From contig JAPOVF010000270.1 in assembly GCA_026708285.1 (NCBI GenBank), forward strand, positions 94-64,093: a stretch of DNA of 64,000 bases, given 5' to 3'. Numbering within the stretch: the stretch's first letter is position 1; the number at the start of each line of letters is the position of its first letter. A program made the position numbers and the translations under genes. The stretch is from Acidobacteriota bacterium (GTDB lineage: Bacteria; Acidobacteriota; Thermoanaerobaculia; Multivoradales; Multivoraceae). The notes under the pieces were generated by a model. It was given only the letters and a program-made list of their open reading frames with translations, was not told the DNA's origin and made no database searches. Below are positions 1 to 14,889 of the stretch, one piece after another.

Positions 1-734
1 TCGCCCAAGCCGTCCGGATCGAGTTGCCCGATGTCACCGCCGCCGACGTGCGAGCGGCGATCGACCGCTGCTCGGATGCAGGCGGTGCCAGCGGAAGCTT
101 CTGGGTTCTCGATCCGATCGACGGCACCAAGGGGTTCCTGCGCGGCGATCAGTACGCGATCGCCCTGGGCCTGATGGAGGACGGCGCGGTCGTCGGCGGC
201 GTGCTTGGTTGCCCGAACCTGCCTTCGGACGCCGGGCGGGGTTGCCTGTTCGTTGCCGCTCGTGGCCGGGGCGCCTGGGAATTGCCGTTCGACGAGAATC
301 AGGGGCCACCGCGGCGAATCGGGGTTTCCGCGGTGGTCGCATCGGCTGACGCGGCCTTCTGCGAGTCGGCCGAAGCGATGCACTCGGACCGTGATCGACA
401 CGCCAGGATTGCTCTGCGGCTTGGGGTGACGGCCCCTCCCGTGCGCATGGACAGCCAGTGCAAGTACGGGGCAATCGCGCGGGGCGATGCTTCGATCTAC
501 CTCCGGTTGCCGTCGTCCAGGACCTATCGGGAGAAGATCTGGGACCACGCGGCAGGCTTCATCGTGGTGTCCGAAGCCGGCGGCGCGGTGACGGACGCCT
601 ATGGGCGTAGTCTCGACTTCAGTCGGGGGCGGACCCTCGACGGGAATCGTGGGGTGGTGGCGACCAACGGCCGCCTTCACGGTGTGGTATTGGATGCGGC
701 GGCCGCGGTGCTGCCACGGAACCTGCAACTCTAA
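1..734 (+). CDS. cysQ: 3'(2'),5'-bisphosphate nucleotidase / inositol monophosphatase family, 5' end cut by window edge
   Basis: Frame of ORF 24..734 (TTG at 24) stays open back to nt 3. Motifs WVLDPIDGTKGF and WDHAAG are typical of the IMPase/HAL2-CysQ fold. N-terminal part appears to lie upstream of the window. Confidence 0.8.
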   Translation, partial: AQAVRIELPDVTAADVRAAIDRCSDAGGASGSFWVLDPIDGTKGFLRGDQYAIALGLMEDGAVVGGVLGCPNLPSDAGRGCLFVAARGRGAWELPFDENQGPPRRIGVSAVVASADAAFCESAEAMHSDRDRHARIALRLGVTAPPVRMDSQCKYGAIARGDASIYLRLPSSRTYREKIWDHAAGFIVVSEAGGAVTDAYGRSLDFSRGRTLDGNRGVVATNGRLHGVVLDAAAAVLPRNLQL

Positions 735-756
735 GACGGAGGTCTACCTCTTGGTT

Positions 757-1862
757 GTGAGCGAAACTCTGCTTGTCTGCGGCGGCGCCGGTTTCATCGG
801 CAGCAACTTCACGGCCAGCGTCCTGGCCGACGGTTCGTGTCGAGACAGCCGCGTTGTCGTGTTCGACAAGCTGACCTATGCCGGTAGTCTGCTCAACCTC
901 GGGGCGGTAGAGGACGATCCACGCTACCGGTTCGTGCATGGGGACATCGCCGATCGCGACGCGGTAGGGCGCGTCTTCGCCGAGTACCGGCCCTCCGCGG
1001 TAGTGAACTTCGCGGCCGAGAGTCATGTGGACCGCTCGATCGACAGTCCGGGCGACTTCATCCGCACGAACATCGTCGGCACCTTCGAACTTCTCGAAGC
1101 AGCCCGGATCGCGCTGAGCGGCGGTTCCGAAGAGGAGAGAGCCGCGTTCAGGTTCATCCATGTGTCGACCGACGAGGTCTTTGGCAGCCTCGGCGACGAA
1201 GGACGGTTCCACGAACAGACCCCCTACGATCCGAGCTCTCCGTACTCCGCGTCAAAGGCCGCCGCCGATCACCTCGTGCGGGCCTACTGGCGCACGTACG
1301 GTCTGCCGGCGATCGTGACCAACTGCTCGAACAACTACGGTCCGTACCAGTATCCGGAGAAGCTGATTCCGGTGATGATCCTGAACGCGGCCGAGGGACT
1401 CCCGCTGCCGGTCTACGGCGAGGGCAGGAACGTCAGGGACTGGCTGCACGTCGAGGATCACTGCACCGGTCTGCTCTCGGTGCTGAGACGTGGCGAACCC
1501 GGCCAGAGCTACAACCTGGGCGGCGACGAGGAACGAACGAACCTCGAAGTGGTGAAAGCTGTCTGTGCGGCGGTCGAGGCGGAGTTCCCGGCGGACCGGA
1601 ACACCGCGCTTGCCGCCAAGGGGATCGGGAGCTATCGGCAACTGGTGACCTTCGTCGAGGACCGACCGGGTCACGACCATCGCTACGCGATCGATGCCTC
1701 GAAGGTGCGGCGCGAACTGGAATGGACGCCGCGGCAGGACTTCGAGACCGGTTTGCGCGAGACGGTGCGCTGGTATCTGGACCACCGCGAGTGGTGCGAA
1801 GCGGTCGCCCTTGGAGCGTCCAGAACCCGGATGGGTACGCAGGCCCGCCTGACGGCGGTGAC

Positions 1863-1866
<4 letters not shown>
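757..1866 (+). CDS. rfbB: dTDP-glucose 4,6-dehydratase
   Basis: ORF 601..1866 trimmed to GTG 757 (GGAGG at 739-743; TTG 751 is an alternative) because the upstream part overlaps cys[11 protein letters not shown] Rossmann motif, [10 protein letters not shown] (YxxxK), [10 protein letters not shown]. Confidence 0.92.
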
Positions 1867-2746
<880 letters not shown>

Positions 2747-2750
<4 letters not shown>

Positions 2751-3313
2751 GCGCGCCGCCCAGGGTCCATCGGACCGGGTTGCCCCATGTGCTGATCGTG
2801 GAACCTGCGGTCTACCGGGACGGTCGGGGTTTCTTCCTCGAGAGCCATAACTCGTCCACGTTCGCGGTGTCCGGCGTGGAGAGGCCCTGGGTTCAGGACA
2901 ACCACTCGCGGTCCGGCCACGCGACGCTGCGGGGCCTCCACCTTCAGTGTCGCCGGCAACAGACGAAGCTCGTTCGCGTCACCCGGGGCGAGGTCTTCGA
3001 TGTCGCCGTGGATGTCCGGCGCGGCTCTCCGTCCTTCCTGGGCTGGACCGGCTGCGTCCTGTCGGAGGATAACTTCCGCCAGCTCTACATCCCTCGCGGT
3101 TTCGCCCACGGCTTCTGCGTGATCAGCGAGAGCGCCGAGGTGCAGTACAAGTGTGACGACTACTACGACCGGGACGACGAACTCTCGATTGCATGGGACG
3201 ACCCCCAGATCGGGATCGACTGGCCGGTCGAGGAGCCGCTGCTCTCGGACCGCGACCGGGCGGCGCCGACCATCGCGGGGTGTTTCGAGCAGCTGCCGAC
3301 GTTTTCGTATTGA
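2747..3313 (+). CDS. rfbC: dTDP-4-dehydrorhamnose 3,5-epimerase
   Basis: TTG 2747 overlaps the rfbA stop (TTGA). Sequence [12 protein letters not shown]...RGLHLQ...[18 protein letters not shown]...YDRDDE is RmlC cupin-like. Confidence 0.9.
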
Positions 3314-3362
3314 GTCGGGCGAGTTCTGACGGCGCGGCGGAAACCGGGCGCGGTCCAACTTC

Positions 3363-4724
3363 ATGAGTGCAGCACCGGAACGACTGGAGCCGCCGCCGGA
3401 TCAGGACGGCCTGAGAGCCGCCGACCACGAGCAGCTAGTGGCGCACGGCATTGGTGTCGAGGAGGCCAGGCGCCAACTGGCGTTTCTGCGCGATCCGCCG
3501 TCGAAGACGAAGCTCGTGCGTCCGGCCCGGATCGGCGACGGCATCCTCCCCCTGCCTCGAGGCGCCGAGGCCGGTCGCCTGGCCGGCGCCGGGCGATCCG
3601 CCGCGCGGGCGGGCCGGCTGATCCGGTTCGTCCCTGCCTCGGGGGCCGCATCGCGGCTGTTCGCGGAGCTTCGACGCGCCCAGGCCGGCGGCTTTGCTGC
3701 GACTGACCCGGTCCTGACCCGTTTCGAGAAGGCCCGGCGCCACCTTCCGTTCGACTGCGGTCCCTCCGAGCTGCTGGCCCGGTACGGCGATGCGCCCAAG
3801 GCCCTCATCCCGTTTCACCGCTACGCCGATGGCGAGCAGCGGACCGCGCTGGAGGAGCACCTTGTGGAGGGGGCCGCGCTGGTGGGCGGCAGGGGCTCCG
3901 CGGCGGCGCACTTCACGGTTGCCGCCAATCACCAGGAGGCCTTCGAGGAGCTCCTCGGCGATCGGCTGCCCGTACTCGAACGGCGGCTCGCGTGCCGATT
4001 CGACGTCACGCTCTCCCACCAGTCTCCGGCGACGGACAGCGTCGCGGTCGACGCGGATGGAGCGCCGTTCAGGATGGCGGATGTTCCCGAAGCGCGACTT
4101 CTGGTGCGGCCCGGTGGGCACGGCGCGCTGCTCGGCAACCTCCAGTCCCTGGCTGATCGGGGCTTCGAGTTGATCGCGGTGAAGAACATCGACAATGTGC
4201 AGCCCGAGCAGGCCCAGTGCGGGGCGGTTCGCTGCATGCGGATTCTGGCTGGAATGGCGAGGGAACTGGCGCGGCGCTCGGAGCGGCCGACCAGGATCTG
4301 TGGCGTCGTTCCCGCGGTCGGTACGGCCGGCGGGGGCCCCTTCTGGGTTCAGGAAACAGATGGCGAGGTGCGGCTTCAGATCGTCGAGACCTCCCAGCTC
4401 GACCTCGGGGACGGTGAACAGGCGGCGATTCTGGCCCGGTCGACGCACTTCAACCCGGTGTTCCTGGTCTGCGCGGCGCTTGCGCCCGGCGGTGGGGCGT
4501 ACCGGTTGGAGGACTACGTCGACAGGGACGCCAGCTTTGTCGTCCACAAGAGTCATGGCGGCCGGGAGCTGACCGCACTGGAACGTCCCGGTTTGTGGAA
4601 CGGATCGATGGCCGGCTGGGAAACGCGTTTCGTCGAGCTGCCGGGCGACGTGTACACACCGGTCAAGTCCGTGTTCGATCTCGCGGGAGCCGAGCACCAG
4701 TGCGCAGAAGGGGAGCTTCGATGA
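3363..4724 (+). CDS. DUF4301-like protein with UDP-sugar pyrophosphorylase-like motifs
   Basis: 453 aa ORF. N-terminal HGIGVEEARRQLAFLRDPPSKTKLVRPARIGDGI and RFVPASGAASRLF match my recollection of DUF4301 proteins. LVRPGGHGALL and AVKNIDNV resemble UDPGP-family motifs by eye. Confidence 0.65.
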   Translation: MSAAPERLEPPPDQDGLRAADHEQLVAHGIGVEEARRQLAFLRDPPSKTKLVRPARIGDGILPLPRGAEAGRLAGAGRSAARAGRLIRFVPASGAASRLFAELRRAQAGGFAATDPVLTRFEKARRHLPFDCGPSELLARYGDAPKALIPFHRYADGEQRTALEEHLVEGAALVGGRGSAAAHFTVAANHQEAFEELLGDRLPVLERRLACRFDVTLSHQSPATDSVAVDADGAPFRMADVPEARLLVRPGGHGALLGNLQSLADRGFELIAVKNIDNVQPEQAQCGAVRCMRILAGMARELARRSERPTRICGVVPAVGTAGGGPFWVQETDGEVRLQIVETSQLDLGDGEQAAILARSTHFNPVFLVCAALAPGGGAYRLEDYVDRDASFVVHKSHGGRELTALERPGLWNGSMAGWETRFVELPGDVYTPVKSVFDLAGAEHQCAEGELR

Positions 4725-5482
4725 GTGGAACGGAGAGTCAGGTCACCCTGCCGGAGGGGAGCGGCGTCACCGGTGGGAGGCCGGCGAAGGCCTCGAAGTT
4801 GCGGATTCTCGTGAGGGTGGCGGTCCTCGTCCTGGTGGTCGCCGCCCTGCTGCTGTTCGGCCGCCGGCTCGCTGCTTACCTGCCGGAGTTCACCGCCTGG
4901 GTCCACGGGCTCGGTGTGTGGGGACCGATCGTGTTCGTGCTGGGCTACGCGGTGGCGACCGTCGCCTTTGTTCCGGGCTCGTTGCTCACAGTCGCGGGCG
5001 GCGCGATCTTCGGTCTGGCCGAAGGTACCGCGCTTGTTTTCGTCGGAGCGTGCCTCGGGGCGACCGGAGCCTTCATCGCGTCCAGGTACTTCTTCCGCGG
5101 AGCGGTCGAGAAACGGGTCGCAGCGGAACCGCGCTTCGCCGCGATCGACCGGGCGGTGGGGCGCGAAGGGTTCAAGATCGTTCTGCTGTTGCGGCTGACG
5201 CCGATCGTCCCCTTCGTGTTGCTGAACTATGCCCTGGGGCTGACCAGGGTGAAGCTGGGGCACTACGCGGCCGCCTTCATCGGCATGCTCCCCGCGACCC
5301 TGCTGTACGTGTACTACGGGAAGGTGGTCGGCGATCTGGCGGAAATCGCTGCCGGCGTCGGCGACGAGCGGGGCTGGGGAACTCATGTGACCACGGCAAT
5401 CGGGCTGCTCGCCACGGTCGCGGTGATCGTGCTCGTCACCCGCATCGCACGCCGGGCGCTCAAGGAGGAGGTGGGAGAGTGA
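4721..5482 (+). CDS. TVP38/TMEM64 (DedA-related, SNARE-associated) family membrane protein
   Basis: ORF 4595..5482 trimmed to ATG 4721 (ATGA overlap with the preceding stop). Sequence VPGSLLTVAGGAIFG...GATGAFIASRYFFR...LLLRLTPIVPFVLLNYALGLT is typical of the family. Confidence 0.85.
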   Translation: MSGTESQVTLPEGSGVTGGRPAKASKLRILVRVAVLVLVVAALLLFGRRLAAYLPEFTAWVHGLGVWGPIVFVLGYAVATVAFVPGSLLTVAGGAIFGLAEGTALVFVGACLGATGAFIASRYFFRGAVEKRVAAEPRFAAIDRAVGREGFKIVLLLRLTPIVPFVLLNYALGLTRVKLGHYAAAFIGMLPATLLYVYYGKVVGDLAEIAAGVGDERGWGTHVTTAIGLLATVAVIVLVTRIARRALKEEVGE

Positions 5483-7005
5483 GCAGACCGGAGATGCTGG
5501 CGGAGGACCGGTACGACCAGGCGTTGACCGCCGTGGTGGCGCCCGCCGACTGGACGAACCCGGAACCCGACGACCGTTATCACGTGGTCGTGATCGGGGC
5601 GGGGACCGCCGGCCTCGTGACCGCGATCGCGAGCGCCGGTTTGGGTGCCCGGGTAGCCCTGATCGAGCGCCGGCTCATGGGTGGCGATTGCCTGAACTTC
5701 GGCTGCGTTCCGTCGAAGGGCGTGATCGCCGCGGCGAGGCGATGGCACGCCGGCCGCGCCGACACCGGGTTCGGAGCGCCAGGGGCGGATCGCGTGGGCG
5801 ACTTCGGCGTGGCGATGGAGCGGATGCGGCGGATCAGGGCTGCGATCAGCCAGGATGACGCGGCCGAGCGCTTCCGTGACGCCGGCGTCGATGTCTACCT
5901 CGGCGAAGGCAGATTCCTGTCCGATCGCGCGGTGTCGGTGACCGGCGTTGCCGGCGACCGGGAGCTCCGCTTCCGCCGGGCCGTGATCGCCACCGGAGCG
6001 CGTCCCCAGGCGCCGCCGATTCCCGGACTTGACCGCTCCGACTACCTGACCAACGAGACTGTCTTCTCGCTGACCGATCGGCCCGAGCGAATGGCCGTCA
6101 TCGGCGCCGGCCCGATCGGCTGCGAGTTGTCCCAGTCCTTCGCGCGACTCGGCAGCCGGGTGACGACGTTCGACATGCTGCCCGGCATCCTGCCGCGCGA
6201 GGACCCTGACGCCGCGGCTCTGGTCGAGCGGTCCCTGCGGCGGGACGGGGTCGAGTTCGCCCTCGGCGTGCGGATCGAGGAAGTCTCCTCGTCTGCCGCG
6301 GGTGTCCGGCTGGTTTACAAGGACAGCGACGGCGAGCGCCGGGAGACGATGAGCGACGAACTGCTGGTCGCAGTCGGGCGGGCGCCGAACGTCGAGAAGC
6401 TGGGTCTTGAGGAGATAGGTGTCCGCTACAACGCGGTCGGCATTACGGTCGACGCGAAGTTGCGGACGACGAATCCACGGATCTACGCCGCCGGCGATGT
6501 GACACCTGCGCCCAAGTTCACCCACCTTGCGGATGCCCATGCCGGTGTTGTCGTCCAGAACGCCCTGTTCTTCCCGAGCGCCCGGGCCGATCGGCTGGTC
6601 GTGCCGCGGTGTACCTACACGTCGCCGGAGGTGGCGCACGTCGGGCTGGACCGTCAGGAGGCGGAGCAGGGCGGGATCGACGTCGACGTGATCGACGTGC
6701 AGCTCGAGGAGAACCATCGCGCCCTGCTCGACGGCGAGGAGGACGGGTTTCTGCGGGTCCTGCTCCAGCGAGGCAGTGATCGGGTGCTTGGCGCCACGGT
6801 GGTTGCGACCGGGGCCGGCGATCTGATCGCGCCGCTCACGCTGGCGGTAACGCATCGGATGGGGCTTTCGAAGTTCACCTCGACGATCCTCCCGTATCCG
6901 ACCCAGGCGGAGGTGATCAAGAGGGCCGCGAACCAATGGCGCAGGACGAGGCTCAGTCCTGCCGTCAAACGGGTGTTCGCCCGCTGGTTCCGCCTGACCG
7001 GCTGA
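5479..7005 (+). CDS. FAD-dependent pyridine nucleotide-disulfide oxidoreductase (mercuric reductase / dihydrolipoamide dehydrogenase-like)
   Basis: ORF 4918..7005 trimmed to GTG 5479 (GTGA overlap, GGAGG at 5465-5469; ATG 5494 is an alternative). VVVIGAGTAGL (FAD), GGDCLNFGCVPSK (redox CxxxxC), AVIGAGPIGCE (NAD), C-terminal dimerisation region. Confidence 0.88.
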   Translation: MSRPEMLAEDRYDQALTAVVAPADWTNPEPDDRYHVVVIGAGTAGLVTAIASAGLGARVALIERRLMGGDCLNFGCVPSKGVIAAARRWHAGRADTGFGAPGADRVGDFGVAMERMRRIRAAISQDDAAERFRDAGVDVYLGEGRFLSDRAVSVTGVAGDRELRFRRAVIATGARPQAPPIPGLDRSDYLTNETVFSLTDRPERMAVIGAGPIGCELSQSFARLGSRVTTFDMLPGILPREDPDAAALVERSLRRDGVEFALGVRIEEVSSSAAGVRLVYKDSDGERRETMSDELLVAVGRAPNVEKLGLEEIGVRYNAVGITVDAKLRTTNPRIYAAGDVTPAPKFTHLADAHAGVVVQNALFFPSARADRLVVPRCTYTSPEVAHVGLDRQEAEQGGIDVDVIDVQLEENHRALLDGEEDGFLRVLLQRGSDRVLGATVVATGAGDLIAPLTLAVTHRMGLSKFTSTILPYPTQAEVIKRAANQWRRTRLSPAVKRVFARWFRLTG

Positions 7006-7021
7006 AGAGCTGGCGAGCCGC

Positions 7022-8305
7022 CTAGAGGTGGCGTCGTCGCGGCTTGCGCTGCCTTCGTCTCCGCCTGTGCCGCTTCGTGGTCCCGGTTGAAGGCGGGGAC
7101 GGAGCCGACTCGCCGACCTGCTGCCAGAATCCGAGCGACTTGGCGCCGCTGCCGGTGGCAGCCGAGAGCAGGCCGAAGAGTTCCAGGGCGGGACCGAACG
7201 CCTCCCGGCGGACCAGGTTGTGAGCCGTTCCGGGGCTGTGGTTCGGTTCGCACAACCGCTGGAATGTCTCCAGGGCGCCGGTGATCCGGACGCGCCGCCT
7301 GGCGGAGAGCGCGAAGCGGGTGCCGAAGTCGTCCACCACGTCGTCCACGAGTCGTCGGAGGCGCCGGCGCTGGACGGCTTTCCCGCCGGCTTCGAGCCGC
7401 TCCCTGCCAACGACGATCCGCGGTAGGAGCGACGTGGCAAGCATCACCGCTAGCGGCACGTCCGGACCGTTGTTGACGCGTTCGTCCAGCTGCTCGGCTA
7501 GTCGGGAGAAGCCGGCCGTCTCGGCCGCCGATCCCCGCGCTTCCTCGACCTCGGGCAGGACGATCGGCAGCAGCCCCGATCTCCGCATCCAGTCGAAAGC
7601 CGCCGCGCTCCGGCCGCTGGCGAGGAGTTGGATCAACTCTTCGATCAGGCGGTGCGGCGAGGCCTTGGCGATCTCCCGGCGGTGCTCGAAGGCAGACGAG
7701 AGAGTGCGGTCCTCGAGGTCGAACCCCAGGCGCGCGGCGAACTCGCATGCTCGCAGCATGCGCACCGGATCCTCCCGATAGCGGAGGTTGGGATCGCCGA
7801 TCACGCGGATCAGGCCGCGGTCGAGGTCCTCGAGGCCCTCGACATAGTCGACGACGGCGCGGTCGGAAGCCCGGTAGAGCAGGGCGTTGACGGTGAAGTC
7901 GCGGCGGAAGGCGTCCTGGCGAGGGGTGCCGTAGGTGTTGTCGCTGGTGACCAGGAGTTCACCCGGTGAACGGCGTTGATGCTCGGGATCGGGCGCGCCG
8001 CGGAACGTGGACACCTCGACGACTTCGTCGCTGAACAGGACGTGGACCAGGCGAAAGCGGCGTCCGATGATCCGCGAGTTGCGGAACAGGCGACGCACTT
8101 CCTCCGGCCGGGCGTCGGTGACGATGTCGTAGTCCTTCGGCCGCCGGTCGAGCAGCAGGTCCCGGACGCTGCCGCCGACCAGACAGGCGTTCCTGCCGGC
8201 CTGGCGGAGCCGGCCGAGGACCTTTCGGGCGCCGGCAGAGAGTCGACGTGAGGCGATCGGGTGCTTGGAGCGCGGCAGAACGGTGGCCGGGGCCGGCGCT
8301 TCCAT
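7022..8305 (-). CDS. pcnB: poly(A) polymerase / tRNA nucleotidyltransferase family (PcnB-like)
   Basis: ACLVGGSVRDLLLDRRPKDYDIVTDARPEEV...SRIIGRRFRLVHV...EVSTFRG...DAFRRDFTVNAL. Arg-rich C-terminal tail. Confidence 0.82.
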   Translation of the reverse strand: MEAPAPATVLPRSKHPIASRRLSAGARKVLGRLRQAGRNACLVGGSVRDLLLDRRPKDYDIVTDARPEEVRRLFRNSRIIGRRFRLVHVLFSDEVVEVSTFRGAPDPEHQRRSPGELLVTSDNTYGTPRQDAFRRDFTVNALLYRASDRAVVDYVEGLEDLDRGLIRVIGDPNLRYREDPVRMLRACEFAARLGFDLEDRTLSSAFEHRREIAKASPHRLIEELIQLLASGRSAAAFDWMRRSGLLPIVLPEVEEARGSAAETAGFSRLAEQLDERVNNGPDVPLAVMLATSLLPRIVVGRERLEAGGKAVQRRRLRRLVDDVVDDFGTRFALSARRRVRITGALETFQRLCEPNHSPGTAHNLVRREAFGPALELFGLLSAATGSGAKSLGFWQQVGESAPSPPSTGTTKRHRRRRRQRKPRRRHL

Positions 8306-8329
8306 CGGGTCAGGGTATCGCGATAGCCG

Positions 8330-9490
8330 ATGTGCCGGGTTCCCGGGCGGCTGCTAGGCTGCGCCGCCGTGGGTGCCCTGGACGGACTTCGGGTTCTCGA
8401 CCTGTCGCGGCTTGCGCCCGGGCCCTACTGCTCGATGCTGCTCGCGGACATGGGGGCGGACGTGCTGCGGGTCGACAACGCGGTGGGCGGTCCGGTGAGG
8501 TCCGGCGACATGCTGTCCCGGAACAAGCGCAGCATCGCGCTCAACCTGAAGACACCGGGAGGCCGGCGCATCCTCAAACAGCTCGCCGCGGACGCTGATG
8601 TCTTCCTCGAAGGCAACCGGCCGGGCGTGTGTGCTCGGTTGGGATGTGACTACGCGACGCTCGCTGCGCTCAACGCACGCCTGGTGTACTGCTCGCTCAC
8701 CGGCTACGGTCAAACCGGGCCGATGGCTCAGGCCGCCGGCCACGACGTGAACTACATCGCGCTCGCGGGCGTTCTGTCGCAGATCGGCAACGGCCGGGAA
8801 CCGCCTCTTCCGCCTCTCAACCTGGTCGCCGACTTCGGCGGCGGCGGCCTGATGGCGGCCTTCGGCATCCTCTGCGCCCTGTTCGAGCGGGAACGGTCCG
8901 GCCGGGGCCAGTACCTCGACGCGGCGATGATCGACGGGGCGGCCTCCCTGATGGCCGTTCACTTCGCGCAGAAGGGGGCCCGCTCGACGCCGGGCAGAGG
9001 CCTTCTCGGCGGCGGCGCCGCCTTCTACCGCTGCTACGAGTGCAAGTGCGGAGGCTACGTGTCGGTGGGCGCGATCGAACCGCAGTTCTTTGCCGCGCTG
9101 TGTGAGGGAACGGGTGTCGATGTCGCGCACGAGCAGATGGATACCGAACGCTGGCCGGCGCACATCGATGCGTTCCGGCGTGCCTTCCTGACCCGTAACC
9201 GGGACGAATGGACCGAGGTCTTCAGCCGGCTCGACGCCTGCGTCGCACCGGTGCTCGACCTCGACGAGGCACCGCGCCATGCGCACAACGTGGAGCGTGG
9301 CACGTTCCCGGTTGGCCCGGACGGAGAGATCCACATCGCGCCCGCGCCGCGACTGGAGCGGACGCCCGGTGACCTCCGCCGGCGCGAACCGCGGATGGGG
9401 GAACACACGGGAGAGGTCCTTCGTGGCCTCGGTTACGGCCCCGAGGAGATCGAAGGACTCGAACAGAATGGAGCGATCCTGAGAGCATGA
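8330..9490 (+). CDS. CoA-transferase family III (CaiB/BaiF, alpha-methylacyl-CoA racemase-like)
   Basis: LDGLRVLDLSRLAPGPYCSMLLADMGADVLRVD...NKRSIALNLK...DVFLEGNRPG...YCSLTGYGQTGP. Start could instead be in-frame GTG 8369. Confidence 0.85.
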   Translation: MCRVPGRLLGCAAVGALDGLRVLDLSRLAPGPYCSMLLADMGADVLRVDNAVGGPVRSGDMLSRNKRSIALNLKTPGGRRILKQLAADADVFLEGNRPGVCARLGCDYATLAALNARLVYCSLTGYGQTGPMAQAAGHDVNYIALAGVLSQIGNGREPPLPPLNLVADFGGGGLMAAFGILCALFERERSGRGQYLDAAMIDGAASLMAVHFAQKGARSTPGRGLLGGGAAFYRCYECKCGGYVSVGAIEPQFFAALCEGTGVDVAHEQMDTERWPAHIDAFRRAFLTRNRDEWTEVFSRLDACVAPVLDLDEAPRHAHNVERGTFPVGPDGEIHIAPAPRLERTPGDLRRREPRMGEHTGEVLRGLGYGPEEIEGLEQNGAILRA

Positions 9491-10008
9491 ACGACGCACC
9501 GACGCATAGCGAACCGCCTCCAGGCGGAGCGGGAAGGGTCTTCGAGGATTTCGAGGTCGGCCAGACCTTCCGCCATGCCCTGGGCCGGACGGTCACCGAG
9601 GGCGACAACGTCTGGTTGACGATGATCACCCTGAATCCGAACCCGATTCACTTCGACCGCGAGTACGCGGGTCAGACGGAGTGGGGGCGGCCCCTGGTCA
9701 ATTCCTGCTTCACCCTGTCCCTGGTCACCGCGCTGACCGTCGCCGACCTGTCCCAGAACGCGGTGAATCTGGGTTGGGACAGGGTCCGTCTGCCGCACCC
9801 GGTGTTCGAAGGCGACACGCTGTACGCCCAGAGCGAGGTCCTCTCAGTGCGCGAGTCGAAGTCGCGCCCGCACCAGGGCATCGTCGGCTTCCGAACCGTC
9901 GGCTACAACCAGGATGGCCGGGCGGTCATCACGTTCGACCGGACGATCCTCGTCTACCGCCGCGGCCATGTTCCGGCGAAGCCGGCCCGGCCGGAGCTTC
10001 GCGCGTAG
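9487..10008 (+). CDS. MaoC-like (R)-specific enoyl-CoA hydratase / dehydratase
   Basis: ATGA overlap with the CoA-transferase stop. FEDFEVGQTF...TVTEGDNVWLTMITLNPNPIHFD hot-dog fold signature. Confidence 0.82.
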   Translation: MNDAPTHSEPPPGGAGRVFEDFEVGQTFRHALGRTVTEGDNVWLTMITLNPNPIHFDREYAGQTEWGRPLVNSCFTLSLVTALTVADLSQNAVNLGWDRVRLPHPVFEGDTLYAQSEVLSVRESKSRPHQGIVGFRTVGYNQDGRAVITFDRTILVYRRGHVPAKPARPELRA

Positions 10009-10021
10009 GCGTTAGCTATAG

Positions 10022-11287
<1,266 letters not shown>

Positions 11288-11396
11288 AACGTCAGTCTCA
11301 CTTCGTGTGTTAGCCGCGGTTGGCCTTGTGCCGGGCCGCATTCGGCGCGGAGTGTAGCAGCCCGTTGGGGCGTTCCCGGGCCGCGCCGAGCAGCGT

Positions 11397-12081
11397 TTAC
11401 ACGCCTCGGGTTTCGGCTCCCCACAGGGTCTTGTGCAGTTGCGTCGAAACTCTTGCCGGAAGCCGGTCCTCGAGCACCCAGGCTGCAAGGTCGGCGGGTT
11501 CCAGGGCATCCCAGACGGGCGACAGGTGGACGGTGCAGCGGCGGTCGATCCGGTGTTTGCGGATCGCGTCGCGCGCCCACTCGTAGTCTCCCCGGTCGGC
11601 GAGCACGAGCTTCACCTCGTCGGTCGGACGCAGCGCGTCGATGTTCGGCCAGTGGTTGTTCGACGCCTCGCCACTGGCGGGGCACTTCAGATCGACGATC
11701 CGCCTTACCCGCGGATCGACTCCCGAGATGTCGAGCCCTCCGCCGGTCTCGAGGAGAACCTCCAGCCCCCGGTCGCACAGCGCGCTCATCAACGGATGAA
11801 CGCCGGGCTGGAGAAGCGGCTCGCCGCCCGTGACCTCCGCCAGCGGGCAGTCGAACGCCAGCACATCCGAGATGACGTCCTCGACCCGCATCCAGGAGCC
11901 TTCGTAGAAGCTGTACTCGGTATCGCACCAACTGCAACGCATCTGGCAGCCGGTCAGCCGCACGAGCACGCAGGGGCGGCCGGCGAAGGTCGATTCGCCC
12001 TGAATCGAGTAGAAGATCTCGTTGACCTTGAGCCGCTCCCTTGCGGGCAGTGCGGCGACCGCGTCGACCTGCCGCCGTCGA

Positions 12082-12098
<17 letters not shown>
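11397..12098 (-). CDS. queE: 7-carboxy-7-deazaguanine synthase (radical SAM)
   Basis: LKVNEIFYSIQGESTFAGRPCVLVRLTGCQMRCSWCDT (CxxxCxxC cluster). Start overlaps the acnA stop by 17 nt. Confidence 0.88.
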
Positions 12099-14811
<2,713 letters not shown>

Positions 14812-14889
14812 GTCCACAAGATAACCCAAAGCGGCGCGGGCGTCAGCGGCCGGCCGCAGCCACCGGGTACCGGCGTGTAGAGTCGCGCC

